Below, piece by piece: positions 1-8,888 of a stretch of 64,000 nucleotides of DNA. Where the stretch lies: IMG/VR virus record IMGVR_UViG_3300034107_000314, positions 91,260 to 155,259 of that record. One strand, written 5' to 3'. The notes under the pieces were generated by a model. The model searched no databases, was not told where the DNA came from, and saw only the letters and a list, made by a program, of their open reading frames with translations. The translations under genes and the position numbers were made by a program. Each line of letters opens with the position of its first letter. The stretch's first letter is position 1. Source of the stretch: a virus.

Positions 1-454
1 CTGTGCATCCTGTCGCACATCTTGCTACACCAATCGCAGTATTAATTCCTAATAGCATAGCATTATGCGCTGGCGAGGCTACCCAAAGATTGAAAGCCGA
101 TACAAAATCTCCTACGCCAGCCCAATTTTGACGACCAAAGATTGAATGCGGTGCGTGTACAGCATTGTTTGTAGCTGCCATATTTGCTGCGTCCTGTGAC
201 CATCCTACAGGAGCAAGCCCGTGATTTGCTCTGTGTTGATTAACGAGAGCTAAGAATTGCCCTTCTGCACTCTCAACTGTTTGATTCGGTGTTAAAATTC
301 TATATTGTCCAGCAAGCTCACCATTTAAAATTTTCTTACCCTGTACATTACCATACTCTACAGTATAAATATTTTCAAGTTCCCCAAGTGTTTCACCCGG
401 AGCAGCAACTTGAGCAATAATCATACCAACTGTAAACATAATTCCATTCACCAT
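1..454 (-). CDS. CAP/SCP-domain secreted protein (3' end runs off the window)
   Basis: Manual translation: MVNGIMFTVGMIIAQ...FLALVNQHRANHGLAPV...ENW-like QNWAG...AFNLWVASPAHNAML...IGVA; matches the CAP-domain pattern NxxR..GL.P / W..Sp.H..nl. Confidence 0.7.
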   Translation of the reverse strand, partial: MVNGIMFTVGMIIAQVAAPGETLGELENIYTVEYGNVQGKKILNGELAGQYRILTPNQTVESAEGQFLALVNQHRANHGLAPVGWSQDAANMAATNNAVHAPHSIFGRQNWAGVGDFVSAFNLWVASPAHNAMLLGINTAIGVARCATGCT

Positions 455-467
455 TTTATTTTCTCCA

Positions 468-908
468 TTAAAAGGGGTCTGTTATATAGGTCAATCCCAT
501 AGAATATCTATTATATTTTAAAGAACGATATTTTTCAATATCAAGTTCTCTAAAAGGGATTTCTCTCATATCTTCATTTACTCCATTAGGAGTGCCAGTT
601 AAGCATCTACACTTGAGATACCAATTTATTACATCTTTGAGAAATAAGAATTTACCCTTACGCAATGCGGCTTTTCCTAGTCTTTTAAGTGCTTTCTTAT
701 TCAAATTAGTCTGTATTATAAAGTTAAGTTGACTAAATGATCCAATTATTCCATATGGAGTCAACTGCTCATCTAAGCATTTTCTAACTATATAAATAGC
801 TTCTCCCTCCTTATAGCCATTTAAATTTTTAGATTCGTAATAAAGAAACTTATCTCTAGAGCGTTGACAATTCTTTTTCACAAATTTTAGGAATGTAGAG
901 AACCGCAT
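468..908 (-). CDS. hypothetical protein
   Basis: 146-aa ORF, in operon with neighbours. Confidence 0.5.
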   Translation of the reverse strand: MRFSTFLKFVKKNCQRSRDKFLYYESKNLNGYKEGEAIYIVRKCLDEQLTPYGIIGSFSQLNFIIQTNLNKKALKRLGKAALRKGKFLFLKDVINWYLKCRCLTGTPNGVNEDMREIPFRELDIEKYRSLKYNRYSMGLTYITDPF

Positions 909-909
909 T

Positions 910-1578
910 TTACACCTCTAGTTCTACATAGCTTAATTCATCAATACATCTGAATTGAGTTCCATTAATTTCACTAGCCCAGTTATTATGATAGTGACCA
1001 AAGTACCAACGCTTAGGTTGATGGGATTGGAACATCATTTCTAATAACTCGCTTGTCTTAGTAGTGAACCTCTGAGGGTTATACCCAAACATTTCAAGGA
1101 TTTTATTATCCCCGACATATTGCGAAATACTTCTGGGACATTCGTGAGTAATCACAACGTCTGGTTTCATTTTCTGATATTGCCATAAAGCCATTTCCAT
1201 TTCTTCCATTGAGAGTTCTTCATTATCCCAATAAGATTTAGCTCCACCCATTAGAAAACTCTTTTGTCGTTGCTTCCAGTCAATCGAGAATCCACCCCGA
1301 AGGAAAAAGAAGTCGAGTCCACCATGAGTTGCAGTCCCATAATCTTTACTCATGCCCGTTGTAATTGTAGATTCTACAACATAAGGAGATCCGTAATATC
1401 TATCATAGTTGTCATGGTTTCCACCAATAAACTTATGATTGTCTTGATTGATAGCTCTTAGCTCAGAGTAGTCAAATCCCATATCTCCAACTTGGATAGA
1501 ATAATCGCACTCTTTAGTGAGTGCGATATAATCTTGAAATTTAGCATGAACATCGCCAATAATTCTTAGTGTAGACAT
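910..1578 (-). CDS. calcineurin-like metallophosphoesterase
   Basis: Motifs GDVH, GDMG, GNHD, THECP, FGHYH. Confidence 0.9.
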   Translation of the reverse strand: MSTLRIIGDVHAKFQDYIALTKECDYSIQVGDMGFDYSELRAINQDNHKFIGGNHDNYDRYYGSPYVVESTITTGMSKDYGTATHGGLDFFFLRGGFSIDWKQRQKSFLMGGAKSYWDNEELSMEEMEMALWQYQKMKPDVVITHECPRSISQYVGDNKILEMFGYNPQRFTTKTSELLEMMFQSHQPKRWYFGHYHNNWASEINGTQFRCIDELSYVELEV

Positions 1579-1581
1579 AGT

Positions 1582-1848
1582 TTACCTTGCGTATTCTGTT
1601 TTAAAGTACCTATCTGCTCGATCAACCATACGTTGAATAGATCGCTCCACTAAGCCCTCTTTTTTCACTGGAATTTCTGGAAAAATCCCAAGTTCTGCTC
1701 GCCCAATAGCAATGTTCTTTGCAATCTTCTTGTCAAATTCATCTTTTGGATTTAGAAGGCTAATTCCAATTGAATCCTTGTTAATAGCAACAATACAACC
1801 AATAGGTTCACGCTTAGCATTACGGATATATTCACACAAATAATTCAT
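1582..1848 (-). CDS. phage hypothetical protein
   Basis: 88-aa ORF with AGGAG RBS. Confidence 0.6.
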   Translation of the reverse strand: MNYLCEYIRNAKREPIGCIVAINKDSIGISLLNPKDEFDKKIAKNIAIGRAELGIFPEIPVKKEGLVERSIQRMVDRADRYFKTEYAR

Positions 1849-1890
1849 TTTTTTCTCCTGCTGTGTATAGTATTACGGAGGTAATTCAAT

Positions 1891-2496
1891 ATGAAACAAT
1901 GTAAGAAGTGTTTAGACACAAAAGATTTATCGGATTTTACAAAAAATAAGAATTCAAAAGACGGTTTATGCTGTTATTGTAGAATATGTAAATCTCAAGT
2001 AGATCGTGATTACTATAAAAATAATAGCAAAGAGATCAACAAGAGAAGGTTGTCGTATCATAAAACCAGTCCGATTCCTAAAGAATGTCGTAAACGATAT
2101 GCAAAAAGTGAGAAGGGCAAAATGGCCCAACGTAAATATGTTAAAAAACGCTATCAGTCAAATCTTGAATTTAAGATTCGGACAACGCTTAGAAGTCGAT
2201 TAAAACATGCAATAGACGGAAATATTAAAAAATTATCCGCTATTAAATTACTTGGATGCACTGTAGAATATTTTATATCGTACATTGAATCCAAGCTATT
2301 GCCTGATATGACTTGGGAAAATTATGGAAATCCCAATGGAAATCATAGTGATTGTTGGCATATTGATCACATAATACCATGTGCTAGATTTAATCTAGTA
2401 GATCTAGAACAACAAAAATTATGTTTTCATTATACTAATTTACAACCACTATGGGCAAAAGATAATTTATCTAAAGCTGATAAAATTATCAGTTAG
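1891..2496 (+). CDS. HNH-family homing-type endonuclease with N-terminal Zn finger
   Basis: CKKC...CRIC; WHIDHIIPC...FHYTNLQPLWAKDNLSK; lies opposite to its neighbours behind its own TGTGTATA motif. Confidence 0.8.
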   Translation: MKQCKKCLDTKDLSDFTKNKNSKDGLCCYCRICKSQVDRDYYKNNSKEINKRRLSYHKTSPIPKECRKRYAKSEKGKMAQRKYVKKRYQSNLEFKIRTTLRSRLKHAIDGNIKKLSAIKLLGCTVEYFISYIESKLLPDMTWENYGNPNGNHSDCWHIDHIIPCARFNLVDLEQQKLCFHYTNLQPLWAKDNLSKADKIIS

Positions 2497-2734
2497 AAAA
2501 TAGTTTGTTCAATTCTTCAATTTCTAGATCAATTTTGACGATAGCTTGCAAAAGTGCTTCTCGTCTATTTTTCAATCTTTCAAGATTAACACTTGCTTCA
2601 TATAGTTTTTTGTATTTGGCAGTCAAATCAGATTGAGCTGACTGTTCAGTTTCAGGTTTTTCTTCCATCCTACTTTTGAAGATCTCATCAATAGTATTTT
2701 GAAGATCTTTAAAATCGACTGTCCAAGTTGGCAT
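2489..2734 (-). CDS. hypothetical coiled-coil protein
   Basis: 81-aa ORF with GGAG RBS. Confidence 0.5.
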   Translation of the reverse strand: MPTWTVDFKDLQNTIDEIFKSRMEEKPETEQSAQSDLTAKYKKLYEASVNLERLKNRREALLQAIVKIDLEIEELNKLFSN

Positions 2735-2945
2735 CTTTATTCTCCATTTGAAACACGGTTAAGTTGTCCACGTCTTTATTATACTTGACAGAACCCTGAT
2801 TGTCAAGCAAGTCCGTAGAAAAATTTCCAATTTCCACTCCAGCGTTCGTCACGGTCACTGTTCCCGTAAGAAAACGACCATCTTCTTTTCCACCAACAAC
2901 TGTTTGTGATACGAATGATTCTGTAAGTTTAGCTGTTTGATTCAT
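2709..2945 (-). CDS. hypothetical protein
   Basis: ORF with GAGG RBS before ATG (MNQTAKL...). Confidence 0.5.
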   Translation of the reverse strand: MNQTAKLTESFVSQTVVGGKEDGRFLTGTVTVTNAGVEIGNFSTDLLDNQGSVKYNKDVDNLTVFQMENKDANLDSRF

Positions 2946-3126
2946 TTTTAATCTCCTCAAGTCTTTTAATGATAGCATTCCACTGGGTAGGCATCAGGCA
3001 ACCGGATAGCTGATGCAACAAAAATTTAATCTGTTCTTCCTGAACTTTCAACTTCAATTCTAAATCTCGCATGTTGCTTTCCATAAATGTGAAATTTGGG
3101 TCAATTGATTCTAGATCTTCAGACAC
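2929..3126 (-). CDS. hypothetical protein
   Basis: 65-aa ORF with AAGGA RBS. Confidence 0.45.
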   Translation of the reverse strand: MSEDLESIDPNFTFMESNMRDLELKLKVQEEQIKFLLHQLSGCLMPTQWNAIIKRLEEIKNESNS

Positions 3127-3152
3127 TTTACTGTCCTTTCGTTAGTGGTTAG

Positions 3153-3227
3153 TGGAGCGTGAGGGAATCGCACCCTCGCCCTTCCGTTTTCTCCAGAAGC
3201 TGTTAAGCTAAACTACAGTAACGCCCC
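3153..3227 (-). ncRNA. non-canonical tRNA-like RNA with Ala-type acceptor (G3:U70, A73) and aberrant anticodon loop GAGAAAA
   Basis: GGGGCGT-TA-CTGT(AGTTTAGCTTA)ACAG-C-TTCTG(GAGAAAA)CGGAA-GGGC-GAGGG(TGCGATT)CCCTC-ACGCTCC-A folds as a full cloverleaf. Confidence 0.7.
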
Positions 3228-3235
3228 GTTTAAAA

Positions 3236-3325
3236 AGTTGGATGGGGAGATCTTGGCTCCATAGGAATTGCAGTCCTCTGATATACAATCTATCATACAT
3301 ACCACCCATTATTGTACATCCAACT
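3236..3325 (-). ncRNA. degenerate tRNA-like RNA (Cys-type CTGCAAT anticodon loop)
   Basis: 9-bp closing stem AGTTGGATG/CATCCAACT, TACAAT/ATTGTA arm, AGGA(CTGCAAT)TCCT arm, GGAG(CCAAGAT)CTCC arm; sits inside a tRNA cluster. Confidence 0.45.
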
Positions 3326-3326
3326 A

Positions 3327-3411
3327 CGAGAAGTGAAGGATTTGAACCTCCGGGACTTTTACATCCTTCCGTTTTCAAAACGGACGCATTAGGCCACTCT
3401 GCCAACTTCTC
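3327..3411 (-). tRNA. tRNA-Ser(UGA)
   Basis: Cloverleaf with long variable arm, loop TT-TGA-AA, GGTTCAAATCC. Confidence 0.92.
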
Positions 3412-3414
3412 AAG

Positions 3415-3487
3415 GGTACTCGACGGGATTCGAACCCGCAATCACAAATTCCACAAATTTGGGCTTTACCAATTCAGCTACGAGTAC
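3415..3487 (-). tRNA. tRNA-His(GUG)
   Basis: Loop TT-GTG-GA, GGTTCGAATCC, C73. Confidence 0.9.
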
Positions 3488-3489
3488 AG

Positions 3490-3567
3490 TGGAAGTGAGA
3501 GGAATTGAACCTCTGCAAATGTCCCGGCGTTTCAAACCGGCGCTCTACCAAACTGAGCTACACTTCC
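3490..3567 (-). tRNA. tRNA-Phe(GAA)
   Basis: Loop TT-GAA-AC, GGTTCAATTCC. Confidence 0.88.
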
Positions 3568-3587
3568 AATATCATTGAGACTGCAAA

Positions 3588-3661
3588 TCTAGATGAGAGG
3601 ATTTGAACCTCTGGCCTCCTGTTCCCAAAACAGGCGCTCTACCAAACTGAGCTACACCTAG
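3588..3661 (-). tRNA. tRNA-Pro(UGG)
   Basis: Loop TT-TGG-GA, C1-G72, A73. Confidence 0.92.
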
Positions 3662-3666
3662 CTCTA

Positions 3667-3756
3667 CGGAATCGACAGGATTTGAACCTGTGGGAACTCA
3701 AATGCAGCTCCAACGGTTTAGCAAACCGCCGCCTTAAACCACTCAGCCACGATTCC
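3667..3756 (-). tRNA. tRNA-Ser(GCU)
   Basis: Loop TT-GCT-AA, long variable arm. Confidence 0.92.
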
Positions 3757-3766
3757 TTACTACTGT

Positions 3767-3795
3767 ATTATACCCTATGCCAATCAAAAAGTCAA
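3767..3795 (-). promoter_or_regulatory. sigma70-type promoter for tRNA cluster 1
   Basis: TTGACT-17 nt-TATAAT just upstream of tRNA-Ser(GCU). Confidence 0.8.
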
Positions 3796-3804
3796 CTGTT
3801 TTTT

Positions 3805-4116
3805 TTACAGTGTTGTTCTTCTCGGTCTTGGCGGCGGCGTTGGAATGCCAGTTGGCCTCAGCGGTGGAGTCACTGGAGTAACTACAGGAGCGTCCCTGTA
3901 CGCAGATGCGACAAGAGACTCAGCTTCTAGTTTAACACCGTCCAGCGTCAAAGCAAGTTCTTTTCTTTCATACGTCAAAAAGATATCACCGAGCTTATAA
4001 ATTGCACGCAATGTGTAGGTACTGTTGTTGTTTTGAACGATAGAAATATCTAAATCTCTATACTTGGTATTGAACGAGTTACTTGTTACAAGTGTCCAGC
4101 TGTCGGAACGTATCAT
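3805..4116 (-). CDS. hypothetical protein with Pro-rich C-terminus
   Basis: N-terminal region resembles the neighbouring ORF 4127-4594 (W...Y..L..SIVQ..N..Y), a probable paralogue. Confidence 0.55.
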   Translation of the reverse strand: MIRSDSWTLVTSNSFNTKYRDLDISIVQNNNSTYTLRAIYKLGDIFLTYERKELALTLDGVKLEAESLVASAYRDAPVVTPVTPPLRPTGIPTPPPRPRRTTL

Positions 4117-4126
4117 ATTATTATCC

Positions 4127-4594
4127 TCAAATAGTTTTTGGTGGTAGTGGTGAACTATTAATTACTTTACCAGATGGATCTTTAGGAACCCATACATAGC
4201 TTTCATTATCAATGAAGTCTTGTAATTTTGGCGGCAAACAGTTAATTCTAGACATAAGAAGCATAACGTGCGTCTTGCTAGCTTCAGTATATTTCTTTAT
4301 AGCTGCGGCTCGTCTGTTCCTAGCTTCTTGTTCTTCTTGAGTTATTTTTGGTAAAACAATAGGAAGTACTGCCACTCCAAAAGCCTGCAATACTACCTTA
4401 TCCGCTTCATCTTTTGCTGCGTCTATCGTTGGCAAGTCCAAAGACTGATTTAAAAAATTTGCATTTCCAACTTTTATTGCGGCAGTGAAGTCATATAATC
4501 CATTCTCATCTTGCACAATAGAGAATTTAAGATTGTTGTAACTTGCCACTTGACTTTTAGAATTTACTGAAACCCAATTATTTACTGTTCTCAT
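4127..4594 (-). CDS. hypothetical protein
   Basis: 155-aa ORF, overlaps the trx stop codon (ATGA). Confidence 0.55.
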   Translation of the reverse strand: MRTVNNWVSVNSKSQVASYNNLKFSIVQDENGLYDFTAAIKVGNANFLNQSLDLPTIDAAKDEADKVVLQAFGVAVLPIVLPKITQEEQEARNRRAAAIKKYTEASKTHVMLLMSRINCLPPKLQDFIDNESYVWVPKDPSGKVINSSPLPPKTI

Positions 4595-4935
4595 TTATAT
4601 GTCTCCACTGTTATTATTTTTCTTAATTCGTTTACATATTTAGATTCTGGATTTACTCCGATAATCTTAGCAAATACACTTCCTTTGTTGAATATATATA
4701 CTGATGGCATTGCAGAAACGCCATACACAGTTGCTAAATTAGCACATAGATCTGTATTGATTTTAGCTACTACAAGTTCTTTTCCGAAGTCTTTTGCGAT
4801 TTTATCCATTAACGGGGATATCATCTTGCAAGGTCCGCACCAAGGTGCGTAAAAATCTACCAAGACTGGCTTATCGCTATTTAATACTATTGACTCCCAA
4901 TCACTCTCATTGATTTCTATTGGATTTTCTGGCAT
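4591..4935 (-). CDS. trxA: thioredoxin
   Basis: VLVDFYAPWCGPCK active site, VSAMP cis-Pro loop. Confidence 0.95.
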   Translation of the reverse strand: MPENPIEINESDWESIVLNSDKPVLVDFYAPWCGPCKMISPLMDKIAKDFGKELVVAKINTDLCANLATVYGVSAMPSVYIFNKGSVFAKIIGVNPESKYVNELRKIITVETYK

Positions 4936-4986
4936 TCTATTCTCCGCTTGGCCTTTGTTGATTTGATAATTTTATTATAACATGGT

Positions 4987-6450
4987 TTAAACGGTAGTCA
5001 ACTCTTTTTTTATTTTTTTTGCCGCAATCTTTTCTTCTCTAATTCTAATAGATTGTTCAATTTTTTCTACTTTAGATATTAACTTTTCTACATTCTTGGC
5101 TGTTACCCTTGAATAAGTTAAACCGTATTCATATAATTCTTCGCCAACTTTTCTAATATTATTGGCAGCGTTAACATGTGAATCTTCTGAGTGCTTACAT
5201 CGCAAGCAATGAAATTTATCAGCGTTTCTATTCTTTTTATCTATGTATTGGCATTTTGAACAAGTCATAGAGGTGTATGGAGAAGGAGAGACATAAAAAG
5301 GAATTCTCATATCTTCGCAGAGGAGTTGTACGTATTCGGATATGTATTGGCCGAACTCTCCTCCTGTTGCTCCAGTGTTAATTTTATCAATTGCTATTCC
5401 CATCTTTTCTGACTGGGCTTTATTGATAATCTGTAGTGCGAAAGGTCTAGTTGATTTTTGTATAGCTATGAGTACTTTATCTTTTTCTAATCTCTTTTTC
5501 TTTCTTTGTTTTGTATTGATGTCTTTGATGTCGTCTTCCTGTTTGGACTTAGACTTTGCTTTTGCTTTTGCTTTCTCTATATCCTTTTTTCTTTTTTTCT
5601 TTTTATTAACTTCTTTTGTAAGGATGTTGTTTTTTCTGATCAAGGCGCTCATTTCATCTGGTCTTGCAATTTTTTCGCCATCATCAAAAGTAATCCAGTC
5701 CATTGGCGTTTGATTAATATCAAATCCAATAAAACCAATAGGCTCATATTTTGTATCTACTAATATTGGTACAGCTGCTTTCATTACGGTAGTTCTAACT
5801 GTTTTATCTTTATTATAATTAAAGACGAAGTTACCTCCGAAATTCTCTCCAACCATTCCTTTTCCAATATATTTATAGATATCAACTTCTATCTTTCCTA
5901 TAGACGTAGGGAAAGTTAGTTTTTTTGTATCGTCATCATAATTTAAACCTTCTGATATATGTAATTTCTTGCCTTTAAAATTAATAATTGGAAGTCTAGG
6001 GTCTGGATCTTTATCATCATTATTTCTATTGATTGAAGATTCAATTCTATCTAGCGCGTGCTTCACTATGCTTCTTTTATAATTAGAAATTCCATCTTCA
6101 ACAAAATCGTACTTCTTAAAAATATCTGCGAATACTGTTTTTACTAATTTTGAAGTTGTAATAGTTGGCAATACGGCAAGTACATCGCCATTCCTGTCTC
6201 TTTTTTCTTTTAGTACAATATCATCTTTTAATGAGTTGTATAGCTCTTTACCATCAATTAAAATAAAATCGCAAAAAGACCCAAAGAATCTTTTATTTAT
6301 TTGTCCGGCTTTCATCAATTGTAATGTTCTGTTGCAAATTTCTTGGCAACATTTCTTAGCTTTAATTCTTTCTGATTCAAGCATTTCTAAGACATTTTTA
6401 TCTTTATTTTTTAAAATAATAGTTACGCCACGCCTTTTGTAGATTTGCAT
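4987..6450 (-). CDS. TnpB/Cas12f-like RNA-guided RuvC protein with altered catalytic triad
   Basis: RuvC-I GFDIN, RuvC-II IAIDK, YTSMTCSKC...FHCLRC Zn ribbon, RuvC-III DSHVNAANNI; no transposase or CRISPR array adjacent. Confidence 0.85.
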   Translation of the reverse strand: MQIYKRRGVTIILKNKDKNVLEMLESERIKAKKCCQEICNRTLQLMKAGQINKRFFGSFCDFILIDGKELYNSLKDDIVLKEKRDRNGDVLAVLPTITTSKLVKTVFADIFKKYDFVEDGISNYKRSIVKHALDRIESSINRNNDDKDPDPRLPIINFKGKKLHISEGLNYDDDTKKLTFPTSIGKIEVDIYKYIGKGMVGENFGGNFVFNYNKDKTVRTTVMKAAVPILVDTKYEPIGFIGFDINQTPMDWITFDDGEKIARPDEMSALIRKNNILTKEVNKKKKRKKDIEKAKAKAKSKSKQEDDIKDINTKQRKKKRLEKDKVLIAIQKSTRPFALQIINKAQSEKMGIAIDKINTGATGGEFGQYISEYVQLLCEDMRIPFYVSPSPYTSMTCSKCQYIDKKNRNADKFHCLRCKHSEDSHVNAANNIRKVGEELYEYGLTYSRVTAKNVEKLISKVEKIEQSIRIREEKIAAKKIKKELTTV

Positions 6451-6473
6451 ATATTTCCCTTTGTATAAATTTA

Positions 6474-6508
6474 AAAATAAAAGGCTTCTGTTACAAAGCC
6501 TTTTATTA
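6474..6508. terminator. intrinsic terminator-like hairpin directly upstream of the tnpB-like gene
   Basis: AATAAAAGGCT-loop-AGCCTTTTATT followed by a T-run on the minus strand. Confidence 0.6.
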
Positions 6509-6564
6509 GATGATTGACGTAAAATAATATATCCTTAAGATCATCACTTAGTTTTGTTATATTA

Positions 6565-7422
6565 TTATTTTGGTGGTTCAATAGGTCCAGCGTATTGATA
6601 ACTTGTTGAATTACCAAGGCTTATTATTGAATTAATTTCATTGGATGAGTATTCCTTGATACTTAAATGTCCATTAGACTTTAGCCAATAATATCCCGGA
6701 ATGGTTGGATAATCTTTCCATGTTAAATCGCTATATTTATTTATAAGTGATTTAGCAATATCTATAGGTATTTGAACTAATGCCAATCCTAAGTTTGGAT
6801 TTTCAGATATTACTTTTATTATAGATGATGGATCAAATGTATAGTTATCTGAATAGATTTTCGACATCTACATTCTCCAGTAATAGTTCGAATTCGAAAT
6901 CGCTAATTTTGTATTTTTTCTGCATGAGCATTAATACATTTACAAGTTGCATATTTTCTAGTGATTTTTGTCTTGCTATGCCCCAAGCCATAATGAAAGA
7001 TTTATTATTTAACAGGTCTTTGTCCTGTGTATCGAATTCTATAATCGCTTGAGATGTTTCAAAAATATTATCAAGATCCATTGTTTATCCCCCTACGACT
7101 TGCCATAAAAATTTATTTCTTGATTGATTATTTCTTCATTTGTTGACCATCCAGCTTTTTTAATATATGTATCTAACGCTTTTCTGGTTGCTGCATTTTC
7201 TTTCTTTAAATCTTCTATTTGTTGATTAAGTGATGCTATGTACTTAAGACCGAATTTGCATTTATTTGGAGGGCAACAGTCTAGTTCACCACATGAACCG
7301 CATGTTGAACAATATATGTCGTGCATTTCTTTTAATAGCTCCACTGGAAAGATATATCCATTATAGACATATTCACTTATTTCAGATAGTACGATTTTTA
7401 ATCTGTCTTGTTTCATTTTCAC
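6565..7422 (-). CDS. three small hypothetical genes (6565-6867, 6845-7081, 7093-7422)
   Basis: Tandem ORFs; 7093-7422 has a CSTCGSCGELDCCP Cys cluster. Confidence 0.5.
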
Positions 7423-8328
7423 CTAGAAAAGATCTACCCATTGATGTATCACTTTGCTCCAGTCATAATTATACCTTGCATACTCCTGAATGTCAAGACA
7501 TTTCTGTTTGTATTTTTCAGTATTTGCTTTATAATATTCAAGAGTTTCTACAACATCCGCTAAAAATCCGTTTTCATCTGATCTTACTTTGATTCCACCG
7601 CCCTCCTCACTGTTATGTTTGAAATATCCAACAGGAGTTCCGATACATAATCTTCCAGCGGCAGCAGCCTCAAGCATAGGCATTCCCGCAGCTTCTTCTA
7701 TTGAAGCCATAATTATAGAGTCAATCGTTTTATAGTATCCCGGCATAGCAAGGTAATGATATGTACCATTTGGAACAAAATTTAACGATGCCATTTCTAC
7801 TGCTTGTTGTACTAAATGTCCACGTTTAATATCTACTCCAAAAAAATTACACCCAACCATCTTTCCACCAAATCCAACTTTTTGTAATCCATCAGATGGC
7901 TTTGCGTAAAATGCATGGAAATTTATTCCATTGGTTACTCTTTTAGCTTTTACTTTGGAATGTGGATTGCAATCATTAAACATATCTACTAGTTTATCAG
8001 AAATGCATCCATAAGAATGTATATCATAGTAGTTTGTAATGTTATGAACCATATCTCTGGCAGCTACATATATGTCCCATTCTGCATGTGCCACTGCTAC
8101 AATTTTATTAAGTGGGACTTGATAACTCATCAATTGTGGAATTGATTCTGGATTTGTTACGAAGTAATCATAAGTATCTATGAAAAAATTAAATTCTTCT
8201 TGGCTATATCCTATAGTATAATCTAATAGATTTGCATATATACCATGCTCATATAACTCTTTAACTAAACCCTGATGTAATGATCCAAAGGCCCACCTAT
8301 TCTGAGTGAAAAACATTACTTTTTTCAT
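7423..8328 (-). CDS. GT-B (GT4-like) glycosyltransferase
   Basis: SIEEAAGMPMLEAAAAG...GTPVG motif, NGI, C-terminal YDW. Confidence 0.85.
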   Translation of the reverse strand: MKKVMFFTQNRWAFGSLHQGLVKELYEHGIYANLLDYTIGYSQEEFNFFIDTYDYFVTNPESIPQLMSYQVPLNKIVAVAHAEWDIYVAARDMVHNITNYYDIHSYGCISDKLVDMFNDCNPHSKVKAKRVTNGINFHAFYAKPSDGLQKVGFGGKMVGCNFFGVDIKRGHLVQQAVEMASLNFVPNGTYHYLAMPGYYKTIDSIIMASIEEAAGMPMLEAAAAGRLCIGTPVGYFKHNSEEGGGIKVRSDENGFLADVVETLEYYKANTEKYKQKCLDIQEYARYNYDWSKVIHQWVDLF

Positions 8329-8888
8329 AGTGACGATTGCCTCGTTTCAAGCATTCCTTTGATAATACAATAGTGCATTTCAACTGGCTTATAAGCCTCG
8401 GAATTATGTGTATTGATTGTCAAGAACCTCTTCCAGTATAACTGAACATCGAATCTTGTCAAGTCGGAAATCGTAAAGTTTGATTTATGAATCTCAAACT
8501 TCTGACCTTCCCAATCATCTTGAAGAGCATTGGTCGGCCAAGCAACTGCCATCCACTTACATCTATAAGAGAAAAAGTCGAGATAATTAATCACTTCTGA
8601 TAGATAGCAATGCTCAAGAACATCGCCAAAATAAATAAAGTCATGTCTATTCCTTGGATATAGATTAATATACTTATCAATATCCATCATATAAACATCA
8701 CGATACTTTTTCTCAAGTTCAAATTGTCTAATATATTGCTCTGTTGGCTCAATACAATCAATAGCAGGGTGAGTAATCAAGCTAGGTAGCTTGCCAGACC
8801 CAGCTCCAACATCTAAGATTGACTCAGGATTTAATCCTTGGATGTGACTTTTAAGCAGCCAGTCAAAAGTGTCATTTGAATAAGGCAT
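8325..8888 (-). CDS. class I SAM-dependent methyltransferase
   Basis: ILDVGAGSG motif I, FGDVLEH. Confidence 0.85.
   Translation of the reverse strand: MPYSNDTFDWLLKSHIQGLNPESILDVGAGSGKLPSLITHPAIDCIEPTEQYIRQFELEKKYRDVYMMDIDKYINLYPRNRHDFIYFGDVLEHCYLSEVINYLDFFSYRCKWMAVAWPTNALQDDWEGQKFEIHKSNFTISDLTRFDVQLYWKRFLTINTHNSEAYKPVEMHYCIIKGMLETRQSSL

Noticed and set aside
3153-3227. tmRNA gene
   Set aside because: The ends resemble tmRNA, but there is no tag reading frame or pseudoknot region between them, and no second piece was found.
3208-3930. ORFs 3208-3441, 3242-3508 and 3682-3930
   Set aside because: They overlap tRNA genes and are shadow translations.
4987-6450. Intact IS200/IS605 or IS607 element
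   Set aside because: No tnpA or serine recombinase, and no recognisable left or right end hairpins.
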